From a virus (taxonomy: Duplodnaviria > Caudoviricetes), in the IMG/VR virus record IMGVR_UViG_3300020045_005851, positions 1-40,064 of that record: a DNA stretch of 40,064 nt. One strand, given 5' to 3'. The notes beneath the pieces are model-generated. The model was not told the origin of the DNA, made no database searches, and saw only the letters and a list, made by a program, of their open reading frames with translations. Both the position numbers and the translations under genes were made by a program. Positions 19,600 through 26,411 of this stretch are shown one piece after another; within the stretch, counting starts at the first letter, position 1, and each line of letters starts with the position of its first letter.

Positions 19600-19897
19600 A
19601 AATCTTCATTATTGCCTTGGCCTGATCCTGGTCCATAAACAAGCTCTCCCCATCCTTGCCTACGACCTCAGTGCGCGCCATCTTTGGCTTAAAATATTCT
19701 AGGATTCGCTCATAGCGCGTTGTGAATTCCTCGTCTGATAAGTTGGCGAGAATCTTCATGTAACGCTCAGACGCTCCCCTTGTGATGTATTCCCCTAACT
19801 CATTCCATGCCTTCGTCTTAGGGTTAGGAATCCCCTTTGGCCTACCCGATCCAGGCTGAGGGCCACCAAACTTTCTCTTAGGCTTGTCATCTCCCAT
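19541..19897 (-). CDS. terS: Terminase small subunit (118 aa)
   Basis: N-terminal GGPQPGSGRPKGIPN motif and C-terminal EVVGKDG; overlaps the terL start. Confidence 0.8.
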   Translation of the reverse strand: MGDDKPKRKFGGPQPGSGRPKGIPNPKTKAWNELGEYITRGASERYMKILANLSDEEFTTRYERILEYFKPKMARTEVVGKDGESLFMDQDQAKAIMKIYADALALRTSGGGNSAGSK

Positions 19898-19942
19898 AAG
19901 CTTCTTAAGAGGTTAAAAACCTTTTTACTTACCTGCAATCTG

Positions 19943-20089
19943 TTATTTCTCCTGGCCTGAAAACCTTCCTTCCCTAGTGATAGGCCTGTGATAAACACAT
20001 AGGTTCTTCATAACTTCCCTTCGACCACACTTCCTACATCTCTTTGATTCTCTTCCTTCTATGTGTCTCCAATCACTCTGGTTGTGCAT
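19943..20089 (-). CDS. Micro Zn-finger protein (48 aa; CRKC...C-x2-H)
   Basis: Hand translation MHNQSDWRHIEGRESKRCRKCGRREVMKNLCVYH...; overlaps the upstream ORF end. Confidence 0.5.
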   Translation of the reverse strand: MHNQSDWRHIEGRESKRCRKCGRREVMKNLCVYHRPITREGRFSGQEK

Positions 20090-20228
20090 ACTTACTGATA
20101 GATATAATCTCATCCTCTATGATCCCTAGAGTTTCTAGCCACAAAGGGATTGCTTTGAAATCAATTGACTCAATCATCTTCTTTTGAAGCGCCCCCTCGA
20201 CTAGATATGTTACCTCCCAATCAAACAT
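20073..20228 (-). CDS. Small hypothetical protein (51 aa, MFDWEVTYLVEG...)
   Basis: Hand translation; TAAC leader formed by the previous stop. Confidence 0.55.
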   Translation of the reverse strand: MFDWEVTYLVEGALQKKMIESIDFKAIPLWLETLGIIEDEIISISKYAQPE

Positions 20229-20239
20229 AGATGAGTGCG

Positions 20240-20326
20240 TTACTTCTTCTTTTTGGCAACAGTGGCTTTCTTCTTGTAATGAGCCTTGCGCTTGGCGTCT
20301 AATCTTTTTACACCGTCTGATGCCAT
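20240..20326 (-). CDS. Tiny Lys-rich peptide (28 aa, MASDGVKRLDAKRKAHYKKKATVAKKKK)
   Basis: Hand translation; TTAACTTCCTTTTT leader. Confidence 0.55.
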   Translation of the reverse strand: MASDGVKRLDAKRKAHYKKKATVAKKKK

Positions 20327-20350
20327 AAAAAGGAAGTTAAATATTATGGG

Positions 20351-20494
20351 TTACTTCTTCAGTTTGCCTTTGATGCTTCCTTTGATTTTACCAGAAAAGT
20401 CTTTAACCACTCCGTACCATCCCGCATAGGATCCCTTCTTAGGCGAGGGGAATAGGCCGGGAGTCTTGTCTAGATTTTTAATTGGTCGACCCAT
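20351..20494 (-). CDS. Lys-rich peptide (47 aa, MGRPIKNLDKTPG...KGSIKGKLKK)
   Basis: Hand translation; TAAC leader. Confidence 0.55.
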   Translation of the reverse strand: MGRPIKNLDKTPGLFPSPKKGSYAGWYGVVKDFSGKIKGSIKGKLKK

Positions 20495-20503
20495 AAAGTT
20501 GTG

Positions 20504-20641
20504 TTAGCGAAGTCTTGAGCCTAGAGATTTTGATTTAACCGAAGTTAAACTCTTGTTTTTCACACTAGAAGGAATGCTCATTGATGTTTTCTTTTTAACC
20601 GGCCTAACCACTTTTTTAACGGCTTTCCTTTGCACTGGCAT
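20504..20641 (-). CDS. Lys/Arg/Ser-rich peptide (45 aa, MPVQRKAVKKVVRPVKKKTS...)
   Basis: Hand translation; TTTAACCCCTCTCAAA leader; no acidic residues. Confidence 0.6.
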   Translation of the reverse strand: MPVQRKAVKKVVRPVKKKTSMSIPSSVKNKSLTSVKSKSLGSRLR

Positions 20642-20659
20642 TTTGAGAGGGGTTAAAAG

Positions 20660-21043
20660 TTATTTAACTTTCTTGGCATCTTCTTTAACTTCCGGCTGTC
20701 CGTTCTCGACAGGGATCTCCTTTGGCTTTTCTACAAGCTCAATGCCATTCACAAAGGCTTCATACAATTCTACATGAGTAGTCGTGAGTTCCTTTTTCTC
20801 TGATAAAAACTTGAGACGCTCTACGATGTAATTCTTTTCTGCTGATGTGAATTGAATGTCAACCGCAACGCTACTGGTCCAGCTAATCTTTGAGCCTTCT
20901 GATTTGATCCCATATTTGACCAGATCCTCCTGAGTGAAAGTTGTCTTGGCCAAAATGTCCTTACGTAAAATAAGCTTATCAAAAGAATCCTTTTCAGGAA
21001 GCAATTGAGAAAGTAGAAGTCGATTCTGAACGCCTAGTAACAT
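20660..21043 (-). CDS. Hypothetical phage protein (127 aa)
   Basis: TAACC leader and a dedicated TATAAT promoter. Confidence 0.75.
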   Translation of the reverse strand: MLLGVQNRLLLSQLLPEKDSFDKLILRKDILAKTTFTQEDLVKYGIKSEGSKISWTSSVAVDIQFTSAEKNYIVERLKFLSEKKELTTTHVELYEAFVNGIELVEKPKEIPVENGQPEVKEDAKKVK

Positions 21044-21073
21044 GTGCGTTGTGGTTAAATTATGATTGTTGTA

Positions 21074-21096
21074 ATTATACCCGTTATTTGCGAAAA
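21074..21096 (-). promoter_or_regulatory. Promoter TATAAT with TTTTCGCAAA spacer motif
   Basis: Minus strand reads TTTTCGCAAATAACGGG-TATAAT. Confidence 0.55.
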
Positions 21097-21102
21097 GAAA
21101 AG

Positions 21103-21432
21103 CTAAATTGACCCCTCTTTTTTTAATTCATCTTTAAACCTCTCGTTCCAGCCTTGGAGTATGTTAACTTTGTGAGGATTTTTAGCGGCCTCGGCGTCCC
21201 GTAAATTAGAATCTATGGCAGATCGGCGCCGATCTGAATTACCAGTTGCTCCGTGTCCAATACCTTTATCTGTATTTTTAAACATGGGAGAACCGTGTCC
21301 CTTCCTAGACTCTGGATAACCTACATGTTTCATTCCCTGCCCCCTGCCTTTAGTGATAGCACTGTTCATAAACATCGGCATCACAGGATTCCCTTTTGAA
21401 TCAAATAAATAGAGCGGGTTAGCTTTCGCCAT
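21103..21432 (-). CDS. Basic, Gly-rich hypothetical protein (109 aa)
   Basis: TAACT leader and upstream TATAAT promoter. Confidence 0.7.
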   Translation of the reverse strand: MAKANPLYLFDSKGNPVMPMFMNSAITKGRGQGMKHVGYPESRKGHGSPMFKNTDKGIGHGATGNSDRRRSAIDSNLRDAEAAKNPHKVNILQGWNERFKDELKKEGSI

Positions 21433-21457
21433 GGTGAAGGGAGTTAAAATTGTTTTT

Positions 21458-21480
21458 ATTATACCCCCGTTTCCGATAAA
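21458..21480 (-). promoter_or_regulatory. Promoter TATAAT with TTTATCGGAAA spacer motif
   Basis: Minus strand reads TTTATCGGAAACGGGGG-TATAAT. Confidence 0.55.
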
Positions 21481-21503
21481 AAGCGAGCTGAAAATTTCCT
21501 TAT

Positions 21504-21743
21504 CTAATCTTCTTGAGCTTCATCAGAATTTAAAATTTCATTGTACTCTGAGAATAAATGATTCAGTAATGCGAAGGTCATAAACCTCAAGTCAAAGTCG
21601 CCCCCAGTATCGCCCGGGTACCAGACTTGCGTACAGATTTGATTATTTTTTATGCCGCCGATCATTATCAACATATCCGAGTAACCTTCGCGCCTGTAAG
21701 TTTCTCGGACAAGTTTACCAATCTCGGTTTCCCAGTCATTCAT
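21504..21743 (-). CDS. Hypothetical protein (79 aa, MNDWETEIG...)
   Basis: Start reassigned to the ATGA overlap with the upstream ORF. Confidence 0.6.
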   Translation of the reverse strand: MNDWETEIGKLVRETYRREGYSDMLIMIGGIKNNQICTQVWYPGDTGGDFDLRFMTFALLNHLFSEYNEILNSDEAQED

Positions 21744-21916
21744 AGACCCTGTTGATTTACAAGATACAATATATTTTGATCTGTTTGTAAAAGTGCGAAC
21801 GAAGGACACTCAGGTTTTGAGCAAACGTAAATCCAAGATATATGAGTTTCGCGCATAGGATCGTTGCACTGAGCGCAAAGTGGCTTATCCGATTTTCCTT
21901 CAGGGGTGGTTTTCAT
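21740..21916 (-). CDS. Micro Zn-ribbon protein (58 aa; CAQC...CSKPEC)
   Basis: Hand translation MKTTPEGKSDKPLCAQCNDPM...; ATGA overlaps at both ends. Confidence 0.6.
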   Translation of the reverse strand: MKTTPEGKSDKPLCAQCNDPMRETHISWIYVCSKPECPSFALLQTDQNILYLVNQQGL

Positions 21917-22161
21917 AGAAAAAGTTTTAAATGGTTTGATGTATTTTTGTCCACAGTTAGCTCTCTTCCATATTGCATAAACATCCCAATCGGTGGGTCA
22001 CTGTGCCCATGTCTACACGGCCTAGGTTTACGGGCAATATATCCATTCGAGTTCATCCAAACAACGTCCCCAAATTTAAATGTTTTAACTTTAGTCTGGA
22101 AACATTGGGAATATTCGCGCACCGGAGATATGGCTACCCAACAATAAATCTCTTCTTTCAT
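21913..22161 (-). CDS. Hypothetical protein (82 aa, MKEEIYCWVAIS...)
   Basis: Start reassigned by ATGA overlap. Confidence 0.55.
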   Translation of the reverse strand: MKEEIYCWVAISPVREYSQCFQTKVKTFKFGDVVWMNSNGYIARKPRPCRHGHSDPPIGMFMQYGRELTVDKNTSNHLKLFL

Positions 22162-22298
22162 AGAGCCAACTTGATACCGAGTAAAATAAGAAAGAAAACA
22201 GCAATGTAGGGAGCGGCTGAGATGGTTAAGACAATCAATGCGGCGAGGCAACACCCTATCCCAAAATCAGTGAGGACTTCTTTATCGCATTTGTTCAT
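22158..22298 (-). CDS. Small membrane protein (46 aa)
   Basis: Hand translation MNKCDKEVLTDFGIGCCLAALIVLTISAAPYIAVFFLILLGIKLAL; ATGA overlaps at both ends. Confidence 0.6.
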   Translation of the reverse strand: MNKCDKEVLTDFGIGCCLAALIVLTISAAPYIAVFFLILLGIKLAL

Positions 22299-22600
22299 AA
22301 AGGTTTTTTACAGTCACAGCAGTGGCAATCATGCCTGAAGGTGCATTCCCTTTTCCCAGGGGTATAAGTTCCAGTTGTCGGATTAAAAACTGACGGATTC
22401 TCAAGCTCCTCAATCCTATCCACTAACCCATCGACCACCTTCTCAAGTTTAGCGACATTCTCTCCCAAGGTCCCAATCGCCTGGACTCGATCCTTCATTA
22501 AGCCGACTTCAGTCTGGAGGGTTTCGATCTTCTCATTCAGTTTCATAAGCGCCTGCCAAGTTATCATTCCTGTTATGTTTTTTGCTTTATCATCATTCAT
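22295..22600 (-). CDS. Coiled-coil protein with Cys/His-rich tail (101 aa)
   Basis: Heptad pattern; C-terminal CTFRHDCHCCDCK. Confidence 0.65.
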   Translation of the reverse strand: MNDDKAKNITGMITWQALMKLNEKIETLQTEVGLMKDRVQAIGTLGENVAKLEKVVDGLVDRIEELENPSVFNPTTGTYTPGKRECTFRHDCHCCDCKKPL

Positions 22601-22839
22601 TTTGGTTGGGTTATGGAATCAACCAAAGAACTTTCATAACTCCACTTATCAGTTTCAGATAAATTCACCCAGCATTTTTTATGAGTGCGATAAAAATAAG
22701 TCAACATCCCGCCGTTTTCACAGATAAATGAATGCGTCAACATAGGCTTAGTAACTCTTTTTACACAAATCAAGCACAAGTTATCCTTCGGTTCTGTTTT
22801 GAAGGCTTCTGGGGTTAATGTTCCTAATTTATCATTCAT
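22597..22839 (-). CDS. Small Zn-finger-like protein (80 aa; CLIC...HKKC)
   Basis: Coupled overlaps with neighbours. Confidence 0.6.
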   Translation of the reverse strand: MNDKLGTLTPEAFKTEPKDNLCLICVKRVTKPMLTHSFICENGGMLTYFYRTHKKCWVNLSETDKWSYESSLVDSITQPK

Positions 22840-23152
22840 TTTGGGTTGGTTTATCGGGTAAGTTTTTATAATAATCTAACTCTTCTGGACTAAGCGGAGG
22901 CAAGTCGGAATCATCTTCCTTGGAAGAGTTTCCATAAAACTCGGAAAGCTCACCGCAAATAGAGACGGCTATTTTTGCGGCATCAGGCCAAGTTAAATCT
23001 TTGGAAGGACATATCCCGGCATAAGTGGCATCTGGCCCTCCGAAGCCCCACGAGATGAGGCATGAGCGCCCAGTTAGCTCGGAGAATTTACTGGAAAGCT
23101 CAGAGAGATTCTTGCTTAATTTATCTAGTGTTTCTCTGTGTAATTCATCCAT
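22832..23152 (-). CDS. Hypothetical protein (106 aa, MDELHRETLD...)
   Basis: Start reassigned to 23152 (TTTAACCCCAATCACA leader); the longer ORF-track start lies within the tRNA-like element. Confidence 0.65.
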   Translation of the reverse strand: MDELHRETLDKLSKNLSELSSKFSELTGRSCLISWGFGGPDATYAGICPSKDLTWPDAAKIAVSICGELSEFYGNSSKEDDSDLPPLSPEELDYYKNLPDKPTQNE

Positions 23153-23172
23153 TGTGATTGGGGTTAAATTAT

Positions 23173-23248
23173 TGGGCCAGATGCCACGGCTTCTTGTGGC
23201 AACCTCTCCCGATATCGGGGAGTGCTCTACATCTTGAGCTAAGGTGGC
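23173..23248 (-). tRNA. Degenerate tRNA / tRNA-like RNA (76 nt), not a credible decoding tRNA
   Basis: GCCACCT-TA-GCTC AAGATGTA GAGC-A-CTCCC CGATATC GGGAG-AGGTT-GCCAC AAGAAGCC GTGGC-ATCTGGC-CCA. D, anticodon and T stems are intact, but the acceptor pairs only 5/7 and U33, purine 37 and the TTC T-loop are lost. Confidence 0.6.
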
Positions 23249-23306
23249 ATGATGAGAAGTGACCACCCCACCTACCCCGAGGGGAGAACCCGTGGGTTCT
23301 TATCAG

Positions 23307-23389
23307 TGGGTGTGGAACGTTTACGTAGGGAAGATAGAACCATACTCCCCGCGTATAGCTCTTTGAAGTGCAAAGGTGGTTCCACGCCT
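23307..23389. ncRNA. Multi-stem structured RNA candidate (boundaries approximate)
   Basis: Closing stem GGGTGTGGAAC/GTTCCACGCCT encloses TACGTAGGG/CCCCGCGTA and CTTTG/CAAAG hairpins. G-U pairs favour the plus strand. Confidence 0.4.
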
Positions 23390-23403
23390 AGCTTAATCGC
23401 TAG

Positions 23404-23523
23404 AATCTAGGTTGAATCTTGGTGGGGTTTGCACCCACAGTATTTCCCGAAACTCGGTTTGCAACCCGTCGGCGGCATTAGCCTAGCGCACGGCTCACTG
23501 TCCGTATCTGTTCAACCTAGATT
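23404..23523 (-). ncRNA. Structured RNA candidate with T-arm-like hairpin
   Basis: Perfect 13-bp closing stem AATCTAGGTTGAA/TTCAACCTAGATT encloses several hairpins, including GTGGG-TGCAAAC-CCCAC. Confidence 0.55.
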
Positions 23524-23682
23524 TTAAAGATCAAACTTTTCTTTTATATTAAGATCTTTTGCCTCAATGCACTTAGAGCATTTCGACACCATTGTAATTA
23601 GGTCGCCATGTTCTTTCTCGAAAATATGGAAAAACCTATCTCCACTGAATAAAATTTCGGAACAATTTTCACAGGTTTTCAT
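23524..23682 (-). CDS. Micro Zn-finger protein (52 aa; CENC...CSKC)
   Basis: Hand translation MKTCENCSEILFSGDRFFHIF... Confidence 0.6.
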   Translation of the reverse strand: MKTCENCSEILFSGDRFFHIFEKEHGDLITMVSKCSKCIEAKDLNIKEKFDL

Positions 23683-23685
23683 ACT

Positions 23686-23889
23686 TTAAGGTTTTAAGGA
23701 TTTAGGTGAAAATGATTCGGTCCATATAAATCTATCTTTTTCAGGAGAGTACCTGCCACTAATTGTTGCCCATTTTTTACCTATTCGGATTGTAGCTTCG
23801 GGGTTTTTATATTCGGATTTCATGCGCCACTCTATAAAAATATAATCCTGGATAAAGACTTGGAATATTTTCTTTTTAAGCCAATTCAT
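23686..23889 (-). CDS. Hypothetical protein (67 aa)
   Basis: ORF track; shares leader sequence with the 24421 gene. Confidence 0.6.
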   Translation of the reverse strand: MNWLKKKIFQVFIQDYIFIEWRMKSEYKNPEATIRIGKKWATISGRYSPEKDRFIWTESFSPKSLKP

Positions 23890-23909
23890 GTGTTGTCAAT
23901 TTTAGGGAT

Positions 23910-24149
23910 TCAAGAAGTAGCAATAAAAAATATTTCTTTGAGTTTTTTGAGTGTTTTCCGATAACATCGTGTGCACAAACGTAACTTCGTCCACTCTCTC
24001 CACCAGCGCCCACTACCTACATATTGGGCCGTTGGACTTTGAACGTATAAATTAAACATCCCAAGAGCCTTCTTAACGGGCTTTTTACATTGGTCACATT
24101 TTGGGTGTATACAGATTTTCGACCCACAATTTGGACAAGTTGTTTTCAT
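23910..24149 (-). CDS. Zn-finger protein (79 aa; three CxxC)
   Basis: CPNC, CDQC, CTRC; ATGA overlap. Confidence 0.65.
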   Translation of the reverse strand: MKTTCPNCGSKICIHPKCDQCKKPVKKALGMFNLYVQSPTAQYVGSGRWWREWTKLRLCTRCYRKTLKKLKEIFFIATS

Positions 24150-24421
24150 GATGGATCGGTGTCATGGATACGTGCTTGAATGTCTTTTTCGCATTCCTTA
24201 TAACCCTGTTCAAACCCTGCTTCATAATTCGCCTTAGCTTCTTTTGAAACGATGAGCTTGAGCTTGTCCACATGGAATTTATATGATGCCCTCATCCGTT
24301 CTTCAATTTCGACATCGGTTGCTCTTCCACTCTTTAAATCATGAATTTGATTTTGGCCATCACATATCGCGAAGCCAATGATCTCACCGAGCTCCTCTTC
24401 AAGTGGGTATTTCTTAGTCAT
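24146..24421 (-). CDS. Hypothetical protein (91 aa)
   Basis: YEAGFEQGYKE motif common in phage early small proteins. Confidence 0.65.
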   Translation of the reverse strand: MTKKYPLEEELGEIIGFAICDGQNQIHDLKSGRATDVEIEERMRASYKFHVDKLKLIVSKEAKANYEAGFEQGYKECEKDIQARIHDTDPS

Positions 24422-24432
24422 TGTTGTCAGTT

Positions 24433-24543
24433 TTAGGGATTAAAACTACATTTGATGACCTCAGTATTTTGATTTATAGAGAACAAAATAAAGATAATCG
24501 CTAGGTAAAAACATGTCAGGGCAATCCGGTCCGTTTTATCCAT
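24433..24543 (-). CDS. Micro membrane peptide (36 aa)
   Basis: Hand translation MDKTDRIALTCFYLAIIFILFSINQNTEVIKCSFNP. Confidence 0.45.
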   Translation of the reverse strand: MDKTDRIALTCFYLAIIFILFSINQNTEVIKCSFNP

Positions 24544-24901
24544 TGTCGGTGCGTTTAATTACATACCCATGATATTTCTTCACATAATCAGATGCGGCTT
24601 TCCGTGTTAGCTGATCTTCTCTCGCCCTATCCTTGTAGCCCTGTTCATAAGCCTCCTGTTGGATTTTCTCGATGAAGTCTTCAACCTCGATTACACTTGG
24701 AAGTGATTCCCATGTGCAATCCGATCCCTTCATCAGGAACTTCTCCCGAAACTCTTCGCGCCAATCTTCTTTACCTGCCAATGAAGCCGGAATAGCGGGG
24801 GTATCAACTCCACTATTAACCTCTTCCTCAGTTGCATGCTCAACACCTAAATGCCGGCATTCACATTGGGGGTCTCCGCATTTGCGTATTTCTTTAGTCA
24901 T
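24536..24901 (-). CDS. Hypothetical protein (121 aa)
   Basis: DWREEFREKF...VEDFIEK...AYEQGYK pattern; coupled to neighbours. Confidence 0.7.
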   Translation of the reverse strand: MTKEIRKCGDPQCECRHLGVEHATEEEVNSGVDTPAIPASLAGKEDWREEFREKFLMKGSDCTWESLPSVIEVEDFIEKIQQEAYEQGYKDRAREDQLTRKAASDYVKKYHGYVIKRTDNG

Positions 24902-25052
24902 TTTCCGGAAGTTTAAAATCTAATTTAAAGTCGGCTGAATTTAATCCTAAGCAATGTGGGCAGTGTCTCCATCCACTTGACCCATTAAGCGGGAGCCGGC
25001 CATGTGGACATGGTTTCGGGTCTTCATCTAAATCTTCAATGTCTTTAATCAT
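24894..25052 (-). CDS. Micro Zn-finger protein (52 aa; CPHG...CPHC)
   Basis: Hand translation; TTTAACTAAAGGAAA leader. Confidence 0.55.
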   Translation of the reverse strand: MIKDIEDLDEDPKPCPHGRLPLNGSSGWRHCPHCLGLNSADFKLDFKLPEND

Positions 25053-25062
25053 TTTCCTTTAG

Positions 25063-25326
25063 TTAAATGATATGTTTTAGAGATTCGAGATGTTTAAAAT
25101 ACACTGGGTTTCTTCCTGGTGGGAGTTTATCCCCCTTGGCCTGATTGCAGGGTCCGCACATGAATTGAAGGTTGGTCTTATCATCGCTTCCACCCTTTGA
25201 AATTGGGAGGATATGATCGACTGTAACCTTCCCGAAAACTTTGCAATTCACACATTCTTGGCTTGACCGTCCAGCTAATCTTCTCATTAGAATTAAATGT
25301 CTCTTTGGCCCTCGCGGTCCCTTCAT
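25063..25326 (-). CDS. HNH endonuclease (McrA-like, 87 aa)
   Basis: CVNC...TVDHILPISKGGSDDKTNLQFMCGPCNQAKG. Confidence 0.9.
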   Translation of the reverse strand: MKGPRGPKRHLILMRRLAGRSSQECVNCKVFGKVTVDHILPISKGGSDDKTNLQFMCGPCNQAKGDKLPPGRNPVYFKHLESLKHII

Positions 25327-25553
25327 GAGCTTTTAGTTAAGTGATATTTTGCTCTACGCCTCGCATTCCTCTGATCTTCCAGGGCATAGTGTTTGGCATT
25401 GAGGGCTCTCCTGGCCGCCCAGATTTCCTCGTCTGCTGGTAAAACCACGCCGCGTTCTGCCGCCAGCTCACGGTCGAGTGCATCTAACTCTTCGTCACTC
25501 AGAAACGCTGGATCGTCTGGTGCAAGGGGTGAGTCTGGGGTCCAGATGTTCAT
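25323..25553 (-). CDS. Hypothetical protein (76 aa; acidic N-terminus, basic C-terminus)
   Basis: Coupled overlaps at both ends. Confidence 0.6.
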   Translation of the reverse strand: MNIWTPDSPLAPDDPAFLSDEELDALDRELAAERGVVLPADEEIWAARRALNAKHYALEDQRNARRRAKYHLTKSS

Positions 25554-25864
25554 TACTTCTTCTTTTTAGTGGGTTTGATCTTCCCAAGCTCTGTTGGTCT
25601 TTTTGATTTAGTGATTATGTCATCTCGCGTCAACTGCGATTTAGTTCCAAGGATCGTATGTCCCGTAATGTAAACTTCCGGATGAACGTCACAGAATGGG
25701 TCCTTGCAGTCTGGGTAAAATGAGGACGCTACTTTCACATTCCCTTTAATTAAAGCCATGGCTTCCTCAAGCCCCAAGGCATGTTCACAGAGAGCCATCA
25801 GCTTCTCATCTCCCTTGGACTGAGCGTAATCTTTAATTGCGGATAAAACGTCGGTGTTGTTCAT
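25553..25864 (-). CDS. Hypothetical protein (103 aa)
   Basis: ATGA overlap with the HNH gene; CKDPFCDVH motif. Confidence 0.65.
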   Translation of the reverse strand: MNNTDVLSAIKDYAQSKGDEKLMALCEHALGLEEAMALIKGNVKVASSFYPDCKDPFCDVHPEVYITGHTILGTKSQLTRDDIITKSKRPTELGKIKPTKKKK

Positions 25865-26307
25865 TGGTTTATCTGGTTAGCCATTTTTGTAAACCATTTC
25901 TTTTTGAGTTGCATATGAGTTACCCCTCCAGCGTCATATAATGATCTTATTTTTATCACTAGGGAACGCGAGAGTTTTGTTTTACTTAATCCCAATTTAC
26001 GAGAATGCTCGTCATTTTCTTGACGTGTGACCCACTCGAGATTCTCAACTCTATTATCTGTCTTGATGCCGTTTTTGTGATTCACCTCGGGTTTATTTTC
26101 AGGGTTCGGAATGAACGCCAGCGCAACCAGCCTAGCAACTGAAAACCGTTTTTGAGTTTTATTTTTCGTTAAACCAATAAAATAATAGCCATCCTTTCCT
26201 ATGGTTTGCTTTAAGTGTTTACCATTCGGGAATTTAAAACTAAAAATATCCCCACTAGAGTAAACCCGATAATCGGAATGACTTACTATTTTTCTATAAA
26301 ATGTCAT
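25861..26307 (-). CDS. HNH homing endonuclease (NUMOD4/HNH_3 type, 148 aa)
   Basis: YRVYSSGDIFS, RLVALAFIPNPENKPEVNHKNGIKTDNRVENLEWVT. Confidence 0.9.
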   Translation of the reverse strand: MTFYRKIVSHSDYRVYSSGDIFSFKFPNGKHLKQTIGKDGYYFIGLTKNKTQKRFSVARLVALAFIPNPENKPEVNHKNGIKTDNRVENLEWVTRQENDEHSRKLGLSKTKLSRSLVIKIRSLYDAGGVTHMQLKKKWFTKMANQINQ

Positions 26308-26361
26308 AAAAAATTTGAGGGACGGCGATCAAACCTATCCCTCAAAACTAGCTTGATCGCC
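26308..26361 (-). promoter_or_regulatory. Interleaved two-stem RNA switch abutting the HNH start codon
   Basis: GGCGATCAA-gctagt-TTTGAGGGA-taggt-TTGATCGCC-g-TCCCTCAAA-TTTTTT-ATG. Confidence 0.65.
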
Positions 26362-26381
26362 TTTATAAGGGGTATGCCTAT

Positions 26382-26410
26382 AACTTACTCCAATCCAATG
26401 GCTTTGTAAA
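26382..26410 (-). promoter_or_regulatory. Putative promoter TTTACA-17-TAAGTT
   Basis: 17-nt spacing; intergenic; upstream of the switch element. Confidence 0.45.
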
Positions 26411-26411
26411 G

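Noticed and set aside
23173-23248. Functional tRNA-Ile(GAT) or tRNA-Tyr(ATA)
   Set aside because: GAT is off-centre in the loop, U33, purine 37 and the T-loop consensus are missing, and the acceptor stem has two mismatches.
23153-23266. N-terminal extension of ORF 22832..23266
   Set aside because: It runs through the tRNA-like element; the ATG at 23152 has the genome's TAACC leader.
25861-26307. Group I intron hosting the HNH endonuclease
   Set aside because: The flanking ORFs do not look like halves of one gene and no intron core is evident; the HNH gene appears free-standing with its own promoter.
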